Source of the DNA: Hyphomicrobiales bacterium
GTDB lineage: Bacteria; Pseudomonadota; Alphaproteobacteria; Rhizobiales; Beijerinckiaceae
NCBI GenBank assembly: GCA_025362655.1
Contig: JANYFM010000002.1
Span: forward strand, 1 to 56,858
DNA length: 56,858 nt
Direction: 5' to 3'
Made by a program: the position numbers and the translations under genes. The stretch's first letter is position 1, and the number at the start of each line of letters is the position of its first letter. Shown here in pieces: positions 28,681 to 37,612 of the stretch. The notes under the pieces were generated by a model that ran no database searches, had not been told where the DNA came from, and worked only from the letters and a program-made list of their open reading frames with translations.

Positions 28681-29444
28681 GCGGACGCGTGGAAATTCAA
28701 GACCTTTCCATCTCGTTCCATGGGCGCGGCGGCGCGACGCAGGCGCTGGCGCCGACGAATCTAACGCTGGAGCCTGGAACTTTTACCGCGCTGATTGGCC
28801 CGTCCGGCTGCGGCAAATCAACAATTCTCAATGCGGTCGCCGGCTTTATCGCGCCGACAGCGGGGAAAATTCTCATCGATGGAAAGCGCATTGGGGGCCC
28901 CAATCCCGGTGTGGGCGTGATATTCCAGCAATATGCGCTGTTTCCCTGGCTCACCGCGCTGAGCAATGTGAAGTTTGCGTTGAAGCGGCTGAGCCTGCCG
29001 AAGGGCGAGATGGAAAGCCGCGCGATGGATTGTCTCGCCGAGGTCGGGCTTGCCGACGCCGGCGGCAAATATCCAGGACAGCTGTCGGGCGGAATGAAAC
29101 AGCGCGTCGCCATCGCGCGCACGCTGGCCGGCGAGCCCGGCGTGCTGCTGATGGACGAGCCGTTCGGCGCGCTGGACGCGCAGACGCGGCTCAGCATGCA
29201 TGAATTGCTGCTGCGCATTTGGGACAGGCGCAAGGCGACAATCCTTTTCGTCACCCACGATGTTGATGAGGCGCTGGCGCTGGCGGATATCGTTCACGTC
29301 ATGGCGTCCGCGCCGGGACGGGTGATTGCGACCCATGTTCTCGATGCGCCGAGGCCGCGGGCCGCCTCGAAATTCGACACAACGTTTCCCGGTTTGCGGG
29401 AATCCATTCTCGGTTTGCTCAGACCCGCCGTTTCCACGCAATGA
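28677..29444 (+). CDS. ABC ATP-binding protein, SsuB/TauB type
   Basis: GPSGCGKS, LSGGMKQR, LLMDEPFGALD, VTHD. Confidence 0.95.
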   Translation: MSGRVEIQDLSISFHGRGGATQALAPTNLTLEPGTFTALIGPSGCGKSTILNAVAGFIAPTAGKILIDGKRIGGPNPGVGVIFQQYALFPWLTALSNVKFALKRLSLPKGEMESRAMDCLAEVGLADAGGKYPGQLSGGMKQRVAIARTLAGEPGVLLMDEPFGALDAQTRLSMHELLLRIWDRRKATILFVTHDVDEALALADIVHVMASAPGRVIATHVLDAPRPRAASKFDTTFPGLRESILGLLRPAVSTQ

Positions 29445-29457
29445 AAGGATCGAACCC

Positions 29458-30426
29458 ATGAAAAACCAGCTTTGCCTATGTGTCCTCGCCGCGCTTGCGT
29501 GCGCGCCCGCCGGCGCAGCCGATCTCGCGCCCGTCACGCTTGCCTGGGCGCCCAATCCGCAAACGCCCCAGATTGATGTCGCGATAGCCAGAGGGTTTTT
29601 CCGCGACGCGGGCCTCGACGTGAAAACAGTGTCATTCCCAACGGGCAGAGAGGCTTTCGAAGCGCTCGCGGGCGGACAGGTGGATATGGCCTTCATGGCG
29701 GAGCTGCCGGCGACCATTGGCGCACTGCGGGCTCAGCCTTTCGCGGTTGTCGCCGATTTATCGCGTTACCGCGGCAGCCGGCTGATTGCCAATGCCAAGA
29801 CCCTCGATATGAAAACAACAGCGGACGCGGCGGGCAAAAAGGTGGGACTGACGATCGGCGCCAATCTCGATTATTTCACCAGCCGGCTTTTCGCGGCGGC
29901 GAAAATCAATGTGACCATCGTCAATGCCTCGCCGCCTGATCTGCTGCCGGCGCTGCTGCGCGGCGATATCGATATCGCCGTGCCCTTTCCGACTTTTTAT
30001 CCGGCGGCGGCGAAAGCGCTCGGCGAGAACTACCGCGAGGTTTTGCCGGGCGGATACGCGGTGCATAACATCGTCGCGGCATCCTCGCCGTTCATCAAAA
30101 TGAAGCCGGCGGAACTGGAGAAATTCATCGCCGCCCTGGTGAAAGCCGACGCGATTGTGCGCGCCGGGCCCGCCGCCGCGCAGGCGCTGGTGGCCGAAAA
30201 TCTCAAAGGCGCGTTCACGCTCGAATCCGTCACGAAAATGTGGGGCGAGTATGATTTTCACACGGAGCTCGCCGACGATCTCACGGACCTGCTCGTTGAT
30301 CAGGGCGCGTGGCTGATTGAAAAAGGCGCGGTTAAGGGCGCGGCGCCGACAGCGGCGTCCATGCGGCCCTATATCGCCGAGGCCGCGCTGCGCAAAGCCG
30401 ACGCATCGGCTGTTCGCCTGAAGTAA
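29458..30426 (+). CDS. ABC substrate-binding protein, SsuA/TauA type
   Basis: Signal peptide, ARGFFRDAGLDV, GKKVG; completes the ABC operon. Confidence 0.88.
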   Translation: MKNQLCLCVLAALACAPAGAADLAPVTLAWAPNPQTPQIDVAIARGFFRDAGLDVKTVSFPTGREAFEALAGGQVDMAFMAELPATIGALRAQPFAVVADLSRYRGSRLIANAKTLDMKTTADAAGKKVGLTIGANLDYFTSRLFAAAKINVTIVNASPPDLLPALLRGDIDIAVPFPTFYPAAAKALGENYREVLPGGYAVHNIVAASSPFIKMKPAELEKFIAALVKADAIVRAGPAAAQALVAENLKGAFTLESVTKMWGEYDFHTELADDLTDLLVDQGAWLIEKGAVKGAAPTAASMRPYIAEAALRKADASAVRLK

Positions 30427-30441
30427 GCCGCCGACCGCGCC

Positions 30442-30475
30442 CAGCCCGGACGATCAGCCTGGACGATCAGCCTTG
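30442..30475. repeat. 13-bp tandem repeat spanning the helicase stop codon
   Basis: CAGCCCGGACGAT-CAGCCTGGACGAT-CAGCCTTG. Confidence 0.7.
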
Positions 30476-32175
30476 GCGACGTATTTCGGCTTCTTCTTTT
30501 TCGGCGCGGATTCGCTTGCCATCGGCTCGCCGTTCGCGCCGAGGCGCTCGATGCGGATGTTCTCGCCGCCGGGCTTTTTCATGTTGACCGCGAACTGCGT
30601 CGCGACCGCGGCGGTCACCTCGAACTTGGTTTCGCTCTCGAACACGCGGATCGCGCCGATGTCGGCTTTGGTGATGCCGCCTTTTCGGCAGAGCATCGGC
30701 AGCAGCCATTTGGGATCGGCATTGCGGGCGCGGCCGATGTCGAGGCGGAACCAGGCGCCGCCGGCAAATCCAGCCGCGCCGCGGTCGCGTTGCGGCTTGA
30801 AGCTTTGGGGCGGGGCATTGCGCGCTTCACGGGGCTCGCGCCCCTCACGCGCGGGCGGACCGTCGCCGGGATCGACCACCTCTTCGACGGCGGGCAGGCG
30901 GGCGCGGTAGACGCGGACCAGCGCCGCGCCCAATTGCTCGGGCGTGCGCTGCGCCAGCAGCAGCCGCGCCATGGCGATATCCTCTTCGCCGGGGGCATCG
31001 GTCAGCAGCGGGTCCCGCAGCATGCGCTGCTGGTCCAGCCTGCCGATCTCCTCGGCTGTGGGGGGGCCGCCCCATGAGGCGCGCACACCGGCGTCGCGCA
31101 GCATCATTTCAGCGCGGCGGCGGCGGATGGCGGGCACGAGAATGGCGCTGACGCCTTTGCGCCCGGCGCGGCCGGTGCGCCCGCTGCGATGCTGAAGCGC
31201 TTCTGCATCGTGCGGCAGCTCCGCGTGGATGACGAGCTCGCAATTGGGCAAATCAATGCCGCGCGCGGCGACATCGGTGGCGACGCAGACGCGGGCGCGC
31301 CCGTCGCGCAGGGCCTGCATGGACTGGTTGCGCTCGTGCTGGCTGAGCTCGCCCGACAGCAGCACCGCGTTGAAGCCGCGCTCCTGAAGCGTCGCCTGCA
31401 AATGGCGCACGGCTTCGCGCGTATTGCAAAACACGATGGCCGTTTGCGCCTCGACGAAGCGCAGCAGATTGACGACGGCATGCTCGGTCTCTTTGGGCGC
31501 GACGCGGATGGCGCGGTATTCGATGTCGGCGTGGCCGCGGTCGCCCCCGGCGACGTCAATGCGCATGGCGTCGCGCTGGTAGCGCTTGGCCAGCGCGGCG
31601 ATGGTTTTGGGGATCGTGGCGGAAAACATCAGAGTGCGGCGGTTGTCCGGGGTCGCCTGCAATATGAATTCGAGGTCCTCGCGGAAACCAAGGTCAAGCA
31701 TTTCGTCGGCCTCGTCGAGAACGACGGCAACGAGGTCGGTTATATTGAGGGCGCGGCGCTCGATGTGATCGCGCAGGCGCCCGGGCGTGCCGACGACGAT
31801 CTGCACGCCGTCCATCAGCTTGCGGCGCTCGACCTTGGGGTCCATGCCGCCGACGCAGGAGACGATGCGCGCGCCCGTGTGCTTGTAAAGCCAGGCCAGC
31901 TCGCGCTCAACCTGGAGGGCCAGCTCGCGGGTCGGCGCGATGATCAGCGCGACGGGCGATGAGCCCTCGAGGATTTTGCCATCGGAATCGAGAATGGACG
32001 AGGCGATGGCGAGGCCGTAGGCGACCGTCTTGCCGGAGCCGGTCTGGGCGGAAACAACGACATCCCGGCCCTCGGCCTGAGCGGCGAGAACCGCTTTTTG
32101 AACGGGCGTCGCCTCGCTGTAGTCATGCTCGGCGAGCGCGCGGGCCAGCGTGGGGCTGGTTTCAGGAAATTTCAC
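30454..32175 (-). CDS. DEAD-box RNA helicase with C-terminal DbpA-type RNA-binding domain (DeaD/CsdA-like)
   Basis: AQTGSGKT, PTRELA, TPGR, DEAD, SAT, ARGID, HRSGRTGRAG. Confidence 0.95.
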   Translation of the reverse strand: MKFPETSPTLARALAEHDYSEATPVQKAVLAAQAEGRDVVVSAQTGSGKTVAYGLAIASSILDSDGKILEGSSPVALIIAPTRELALQVERELAWLYKHTGARIVSCVGGMDPKVERRKLMDGVQIVVGTPGRLRDHIERRALNITDLVAVVLDEADEMLDLGFREDLEFILQATPDNRRTLMFSATIPKTIAALAKRYQRDAMRIDVAGGDRGHADIEYRAIRVAPKETEHAVVNLLRFVEAQTAIVFCNTREAVRHLQATLQERGFNAVLLSGELSQHERNQSMQALRDGRARVCVATDVAARGIDLPNCELVIHAELPHDAEALQHRSGRTGRAGRKGVSAILVPAIRRRRAEMMLRDAGVRASWGGPPTAEEIGRLDQQRMLRDPLLTDAPGEEDIAMARLLLAQRTPEQLGAALVRVYRARLPAVEEVVDPGDGPPAREGREPREARNAPPQSFKPQRDRGAAGFAGGAWFRLDIGRARNADPKWLLPMLCRKGGITKADIGAIRVFESETKFEVTAAVATQFAVNMKKPGGENIRIERLGANGEPMASESAPKKKKPKYVAKADRPG

Positions 32176-32269
32176 TGGATTTGGCCTGGTGCAAGGGGCG
32201 CCGGCGGCTGGCTTTCATCCGCTGGCGGGGGCGGGCGGGAATTCCCGCTTCCGCATTCGAAGAGGGTCT

Positions 32270-33813
32270 TTACGGCAGTTGCGGCGGCAACGCCAGACCC
32301 GCCAGAAATGCCCCCGCCTCGTCAGCGATTTCGCGCCGGCGCTCCCCGCCCATGTTCTCCAGCGTCCGCAGGGGCATGGCCATCCGCGCGTTGCTCTTCA
32401 GCCGCTCGCGGTTTTCGATCATGAAATTCCAGTAGAGGTAGTTGAACGGGCAGGTTTTGGGGCCTGATTTGATCTTTGGATCATAGCGGCAGGGGCCGCA
32501 ATAATCGGACATGCGGTCGATCCAGGCGCCAGAGGCGGCGTAGGGCTTGGAGGCAAGCAGCCCGCCATCGGCGAATAGGGTCATCCCGTGGGTGTTGGGC
32601 AGTTCCACCCAGTCGAAAGCATCCGCATAGACGGCAAGATACCAGGCTTCGATCTGCGCCGGCTCGATGCCCGCAAGCAGGGCGAAATTGCCGGTCACCA
32701 TCAAGCGCTGAATATGGTGGGCATAGGCGTTGCGGCGGGTTTCGCCGATTGCCTGCGCAAGGCAGTTCATGGGCGTTTCGCCGGACCAGTAGAACCAGGG
32801 CAGCGCCCGGCGCGCTGTCAGCGCGTTGGTCGCGGCATAGCCGGGCATGCGCAGCCAGTAGATGCCGCGCACATATTCGCGCCAGCCGAGTATCTGGCGG
32901 ATGAAGCCCTCCACCGCGTTCAGCGGCGCCTCTCCGGCCTTGTAGGCGCGCTCCGCCGCGACGCAGACCTCGCGCGCTGTGAGCAGGCCGAGGTTGAGAC
33001 AGGGCGACAGCAGCGAATGCCAGAGATAGGGCTCGCCGGACTTCATCGCATCCTGATAATCGCCGTAAAGCGGCAGGCATTTGCCGATGAAATGCCCGAG
33101 CGCTTCCAGTGCGCCTGCTCCCGCGTGACAGCCCATCCGAACCCTTCGATATCGCCGAAATTCGCGCTGAATCGGCGGGAGACGAGATCGATGACTTCCA
33201 GCGTAACCGCGTCCGGGTGAAACCGTTCGCGCGGGGGCGGGCGCAGGCCGCGCGGCAGCGCCTTGCGATTGTCGTGATCGAAATTCCACTGGCCGCCGGC
33301 GGGATCGTCTCCCTCCATCAGGAAACCCGTTTCCCGGCGCATCTCGCGGTAAAAAAACTCCATTCGATAGGATTTACGGCCCGCCGCCCAACGGGCGAAA
33401 CGGCCCCGCGGGCATATAAATCGATCATCCGCGCGGATATCGACGGGCAGGCCGAAGCTTGCGGACCAACCGCGCATCATCTCCCAAACGCGCCATTCCC
33501 CGGGTTCGGTTATCACAATCCGATCCGGCTGATGACGGGCGATGGCGCGCTCAAGCTCGCCGGAAAAAGACCCGGTATTTTCGGGATCGTCGAGCCTGAT
33601 ATAATCGACACGCAGCCCTTCCGCGGCGAGTTCGGCGGCGAAATGGCGCATCGCCGATAGAATCAGGGCGATCTTTTGTTTGTGATGGGGGACGTAAACA
33701 GTCTCCTCCGCGACCTCCGCCATGAAAATCACGTCGCGCGCGGGATCAAGCCCGTCCAGCGAGGCGAGCGAACGGGTTAGCTGATCGCCCAAGATAAAGC
33801 GCAGGGCTGCCAT
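32270..33813 (-). pseudogene. FeS-type cryptochrome/(6-4) photolyase (PhrB/CryB-like), split by a frameshift near 33111-33114
   Basis: N-half (LGDQL, HHKQK, RMEFFYREMRR, GGQWNFD) and C-half (YQDAM, EGFIRQILGWRE, HHIQRLM, DYCGPC, CPF) lie in different frames; could also be an assembly error. Confidence 0.85.
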
Positions 33814-33814
33814 G

Positions 33815-33991
33815 TCAGATCGCCCGCGATTGACGGCGCCAATCGCCTTTGCAGCGCTCGGAACAGGTTTTCACCTCTTCCCAGCTGGCCCGCCATTTTT
33901 TGCGCCAAGCAAATGGGCGCCCGCAGGCAAGGCAGGTTTTTTCAGGCAGATTGGGCTTTTTATAGCTTGGCGGCGGCTCGGCTTTCACCAT
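33815..33991 (-). CDS. DUF2256 family small protein (58 aa)
   Basis: Missing from the ORF track. Manual translation MVKAEPPPSYKKPNLPEKTCLACGRPFAWRKKWRASWEEVKTCSERCKGDWRRQSRAI. Confidence 0.9.
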   Translation of the reverse strand: MVKAEPPPSYKKPNLPEKTCLACGRPFAWRKKWRASWEEVKTCSERCKGDWRRQSRAI

Positions 33992-34719
33992 GGGACAGAC
34001 GCGCCCCTGTGATCGAAAAAACCGCCGGAATCTTTTGGCTCTAAACGAGCAATGACTGCGAGCAACCGCTCGGCTGCCGCATCCGGCGTCTGAACTTCAA
34101 GCCCGGTTCTGGCGAAAGGCTGGGACAGGGAGGTGGCTACAGTGCCCGGGTGCAGCGCGGCGCAAATGGCGGCGGGCCGGGTCCGCGCCAATTCAACCGC
34201 CGCTGTGCGGATCAATTGATTGAGCGCGGCTTTGGAGGCGCGGTAGGAATGCCAGCCGCCGAGGCGGTTGTCGCCGATACTCCCGACGCGCGCTGACAGC
34301 GCGGCGAAAACAGATTTGCCGTCGCGCGGCAACAGCGGCAGAAAGTATTTCATTAAAAGAGCGGGGCCGATGGCATTGACGGCGAAAGCGCGCGCCATAT
34401 GCGCGGGATCGATATCGCGCCAGCTTTTTTCCGGCGAGGCGCCGCCGCCGTGCAAAAACCCGGTGGCGATGATGGCGAGGCGCAAGGGCATCCCCGAAGC
34501 CGCGATCCGGGCGGCGGCGGCGGCGGCGCTGTCCTGCGATGTGATATCCAGCGCGGGATCGGCGCGCCGGGACAAGGCTATAACCCGCGCAAAGCGGCCA
34601 ACGCCGCGCAACCGTTCCGTTAGAGCCGCGCCGATGCCCCCGCCCGCGCCGATAACAAGCGCGAGCCCGCCTTCTGGAAAAGACGCGCCCGCATCGGCGG
34701 AAATTTCAGGATTTTCCAT
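33985..34719 (-). CDS. SDR family oxidoreductase (CsgA/C-factor-like)
   Basis: GAGGGIG, SARVGSIGDNRLGGWHSYRASK, HPGTV. Confidence 0.92.
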   Translation of the reverse strand: MENPEISADAGASFPEGGLALVIGAGGGIGAALTERLRGVGRFARVIALSRRADPALDITSQDSAAAAAARIAASGMPLRLAIIATGFLHGGGASPEKSWRDIDPAHMARAFAVNAIGPALLMKYFLPLLPRDGKSVFAALSARVGSIGDNRLGGWHSYRASKAALNQLIRTAAVELARTRPAAICAALHPGTVATSLSQPFARTGLEVQTPDAAAERLLAVIARLEPKDSGGFFDHRGASVPW

Positions 34720-34770
34720 GGCTTTGCAACGCGGAATTCGGCGCGCCGGATCACCTGACGCGGAGCGAAT

Positions 34771-35748
34771 TCACGCCGCCGAAAAGCGCGCCCGGTCATG
34801 CGGCGCGGTGAAATCAGCGGGTGTTCCCCGGGGTATAATGCCGTTGGGGTTGGCTTTGGCAATCGAGAAATAGTTGATGACGTAATAGCGCGGCTTGACG
34901 GTGGCCGCGACGCCGGGCCGGCTGTGGAGATCGCGGGTGTAATTCGACAGGTTCGGATAATCGGCGATGCGTTTTTTGTTGCATTTGAAGGCGGAGAAAT
35001 AAGCCACGTCAAAACGCACGAGCGTCGGAAACAGCCGCCAGTCCGCCTCGGTGATTTGCGGGCCGGCGAGATAGCGCTGCCGCGACAGAATTTCCTCAAG
35101 CTGATCCAGCGCGGCGAACAGGCCGTCATAGGCCTCGTCATAGGCGGCCTGCGATTTGGCGAAGCCGCAGCGGTACACGCCGTTGTTGACGTTGTGGTAG
35201 ACCAGCGCGTTGAGCCGGTCGATTTCGGCGCGCAGCGGCTCGGGGTAATAATCCGCGGTGTCGCCGGTCAGCGTGTTGAAGGCGCTGTTGAACATGCGGA
35301 TGATTTCAGAGGATTCGTTGTTAACGATGCGTTTGGTTTTCTTGTCCCACAGAGCGGGAACGGTGACCTTGCCGGTATATTTCGGCTCGCTCGCGCAATA
35401 GGCCTCGTGCAGATAGTGAAAGCCGTTGACCCTGTCCGGCAGGCAGTCGGGGAATTCGGCGCTGTCCTCGTAAGTCCAGCCAAAAGTCCGCACGCCGGGC
35501 AGGCAATAGGCGACAGATATGACATCATCGAGTTTCTTTACCGCTCGGTAGATGAGGGCGCGGTGCGCCCACGGGCAGCCGTGCGCGACATAGAGGTGAT
35601 AGCGCCCGGCCTCGGCTTTGAAGCCGGATAAGCCGTCCGCGGTCACTTCGCCCCGGAAAGCGCTGTCGGCGCGATTAAATCGGCCGCTGTCACCGGTTTC
35701 CTGCGGGAGTTCGCCGTCATTCCAGACGCCGTCAATCAAAACGCCCAT
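34771..35748 (-). CDS. Glutathionyl-hydroquinone reductase (omega-like GST, YqjG family)
   Basis: CPWAHR, VTVPALWD, NNESSEI, NNGVYRCGFA, TLVRFD. Confidence 0.92.
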   Translation of the reverse strand: MGVLIDGVWNDGELPQETGDSGRFNRADSAFRGEVTADGLSGFKAEAGRYHLYVAHGCPWAHRALIYRAVKKLDDVISVAYCLPGVRTFGWTYEDSAEFPDCLPDRVNGFHYLHEAYCASEPKYTGKVTVPALWDKKTKRIVNNESSEIIRMFNSAFNTLTGDTADYYPEPLRAEIDRLNALVYHNVNNGVYRCGFAKSQAAYDEAYDGLFAALDQLEEILSRQRYLAGPQITEADWRLFPTLVRFDVAYFSAFKCNKKRIADYPNLSNYTRDLHSRPGVAATVKPRYYVINYFSIAKANPNGIIPRGTPADFTAPHDRARFSAA

Positions 35749-35885
35749 GGCCCGCCCCCGCCGCCGGCAAAGTTTTGCTTCGCCGCGCTGAAAAACTGTG
35801 CGATGAGGCTAGCTGCAAGGGTCGCCGCAAGCAATCTCGATGATAGCCGGCGACCGCGCAAAAAAAAAACGTGAAAGGGGAAGCC

Positions 35886-36236
35886 ATGGCCGCGCTCGCC
35901 GAATCTGATTTGATCAAGATCCTCGGTCCGGATTTCCGCTTGATCGAAGCCGCCGACCAAAAATCGAAGGGCGTCGAAGCGGAGGAGCGCGAAGCGCGGG
36001 CGAAGATAGAAAGCCTTGAGGATGGCAAATTCCCGGCTTGGGTGACGATATTTGTCGGCTTGGCGCTGCTGATCTCCACTTGGTTTACCGTGACCGGACG
36101 CGAGTTCATGATCCAAACCATAATCGGCGCGGTTATTCTGGCGGCGGGAATCGCCATTTTGATCCGCATCGGCGTGAAATTGACTGAGTTCCGCGCGCTG
36201 GCTGCCCAGCTGCATCAGGCCACTTCGTCGCGGTGA
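35886..36236 (+). CDS. Hypothetical membrane protein (two predicted TM segments)
   Basis: ATG after AGGGG RBS; charged N-terminus then two hydrophobic stretches. Confidence 0.65.
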   Translation: MAALAESDLIKILGPDFRLIEAADQKSKGVEAEEREARAKIESLEDGKFPAWVTIFVGLALLISTWFTVTGREFMIQTIIGAVILAAGIAILIRIGVKLTEFRALAAQLHQATSSR

Positions 36237-36254
36237 CGCCCACGCTGCCCGGCA

Positions 36255-37421
36255 GTGCAGACCCCGGGAGATCAGGCAGTCCGGGATATCGTGCTGGCGG
36301 GGGCGGGGCATGCGCATGTGTCGGCGCTGCGTGAATTTGGCTTGGCGCCGCCCCCGGGCGCGCGGCTGACGCTGATCACGCCGGAAATCCTGACGCCTTA
36401 TTCGGGCATGCTGCCCGGGCTGATTGCCGGGCGCTGTGAATTTCACGACGCGCATATCGATGCCGCGCGATTGGCGCGCTTTGCGAAGGCGCGGCTGGTT
36501 CAGGATGAGGCCATCGGCATCGACACCGCAAGGCGGCTGGTGATTTGCCGGAATCTTCCGCCGGTTCCTTACGACTTGCTGTCGCTGAACATCGGCTCCG
36601 CTCCCGACACCGGGGATGTGCCGGGCGCCGCCGAATATGCGATTTCCGTCAAGCCCATCGACGGATTTCTGGCGGCGTTCGAAGGCCTGCGCCGGCGCGC
36701 CGCCGCCCGGTCCGGCCCGTGGCGGCTTGCGCTGGCGGGCGCCGGCGCCGGAGGCGTGGAGCTCATTCTTGCTATTGAGCACCGGTTGCGGCGCGAGGCG
36801 GCGCAGGCGGGCCGCGACGCCATGGCGCTGGCCTTTACGCTGGTTTCGGACACGGATGACATTCTGCCGGCTTTTCCCGCGGCTTTCAGGGCGCGGTTTC
36901 GCAAAATTCTGGCGGCGCACGGGATCGACGCGGCGACGGGCGCGGGCGCGGCGCGGGTGGAACCGGGAGGTCTGATCCTCAGCAACGGGACGCGGATTGC
37001 CGCCGACGAAATTCTCATGGCGACGCCGGCCCGGCCCGCCGCATGGCTTGCGGACACCGGGCTGCCCCTCGACGGACGCGGATTTCTGCGCGTGGACCAA
37101 AACCTGCAAGCCGAAGGCCGCCCGGACATTTTCGCCGCCGGCGACGTGATCGCTTTTGCGCCGCGCGCCCTGCCGCATTCCGGCGTTTATGCGGTGCGCG
37201 CGGGGCCGACGCTCGCCGGCAATCTGCGCCGCGCGCTGGCGGGAAGGCCGTTGAAACCCTTCAGGCCGCAGCGGCAGGCGCTGTATCTGCTCTCCGACAG
37301 CGCGGGCCGCGCCGTGGGAACCCGCAACGGTCTAGTGTTCGAGGGAGCGTGGGCGCTGCGCTGGAAAGAGCGGATTGACCGCGCGTTCATGCGGCGGTTT
37401 GCCGGCCTGCCGGATGGTTGA
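36255..37421 (+). CDS. FAD-dependent oxidoreductase (NDH-2-like; resembles the N-terminal domain of SelD fusions)
   Basis: GAGHAH, YSGMLPG, GAGAGGVE, FAAGD, GVYAVR, WKERIDRAFM. Confidence 0.85.
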   Translation: MQTPGDQAVRDIVLAGAGHAHVSALREFGLAPPPGARLTLITPEILTPYSGMLPGLIAGRCEFHDAHIDAARLARFAKARLVQDEAIGIDTARRLVICRNLPPVPYDLLSLNIGSAPDTGDVPGAAEYAISVKPIDGFLAAFEGLRRRAAARSGPWRLALAGAGAGGVELILAIEHRLRREAAQAGRDAMALAFTLVSDTDDILPAFPAAFRARFRKILAAHGIDAATGAGAARVEPGGLILSNGTRIAADEILMATPARPAAWLADTGLPLDGRGFLRVDQNLQAEGRPDIFAAGDVIAFAPRALPHSGVYAVRAGPTLAGNLRRALAGRPLKPFRPQRQALYLLSDSAGRAVGTRNGLVFEGAWALRWKERIDRAFMRRFAGLPDG

Positions 37422-37612
37422 CGAGGCGGAGTCTTTCCCGAAAGGCCTCAATACTTATCTGTCAATAGACTGAATTCTCCAGCATTTCCAATAAATTAAC
37501 CTTGTCCAGCCAAAGCTGAACCCTAGGGCTTGAGAACCGCCCGGGCGGCCAAGGGCGGGCACGCGGATTGCCCGTTAGAAGGCCGGAACGGCTCCCGGCA
37601 GGAATAACCGCA

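Noticed and set aside
33043-33289. Programmed ribosomal frameshift in the photolyase
   Set aside because: No slippery heptamer or homopolymer at the junction; a 2-bp duplication explains it more simply
37485-37505. CtrA box upstream of the GGDEF-EAL gene
   Set aside because: Only one TTAAC half-site; the partner half is too degenerate
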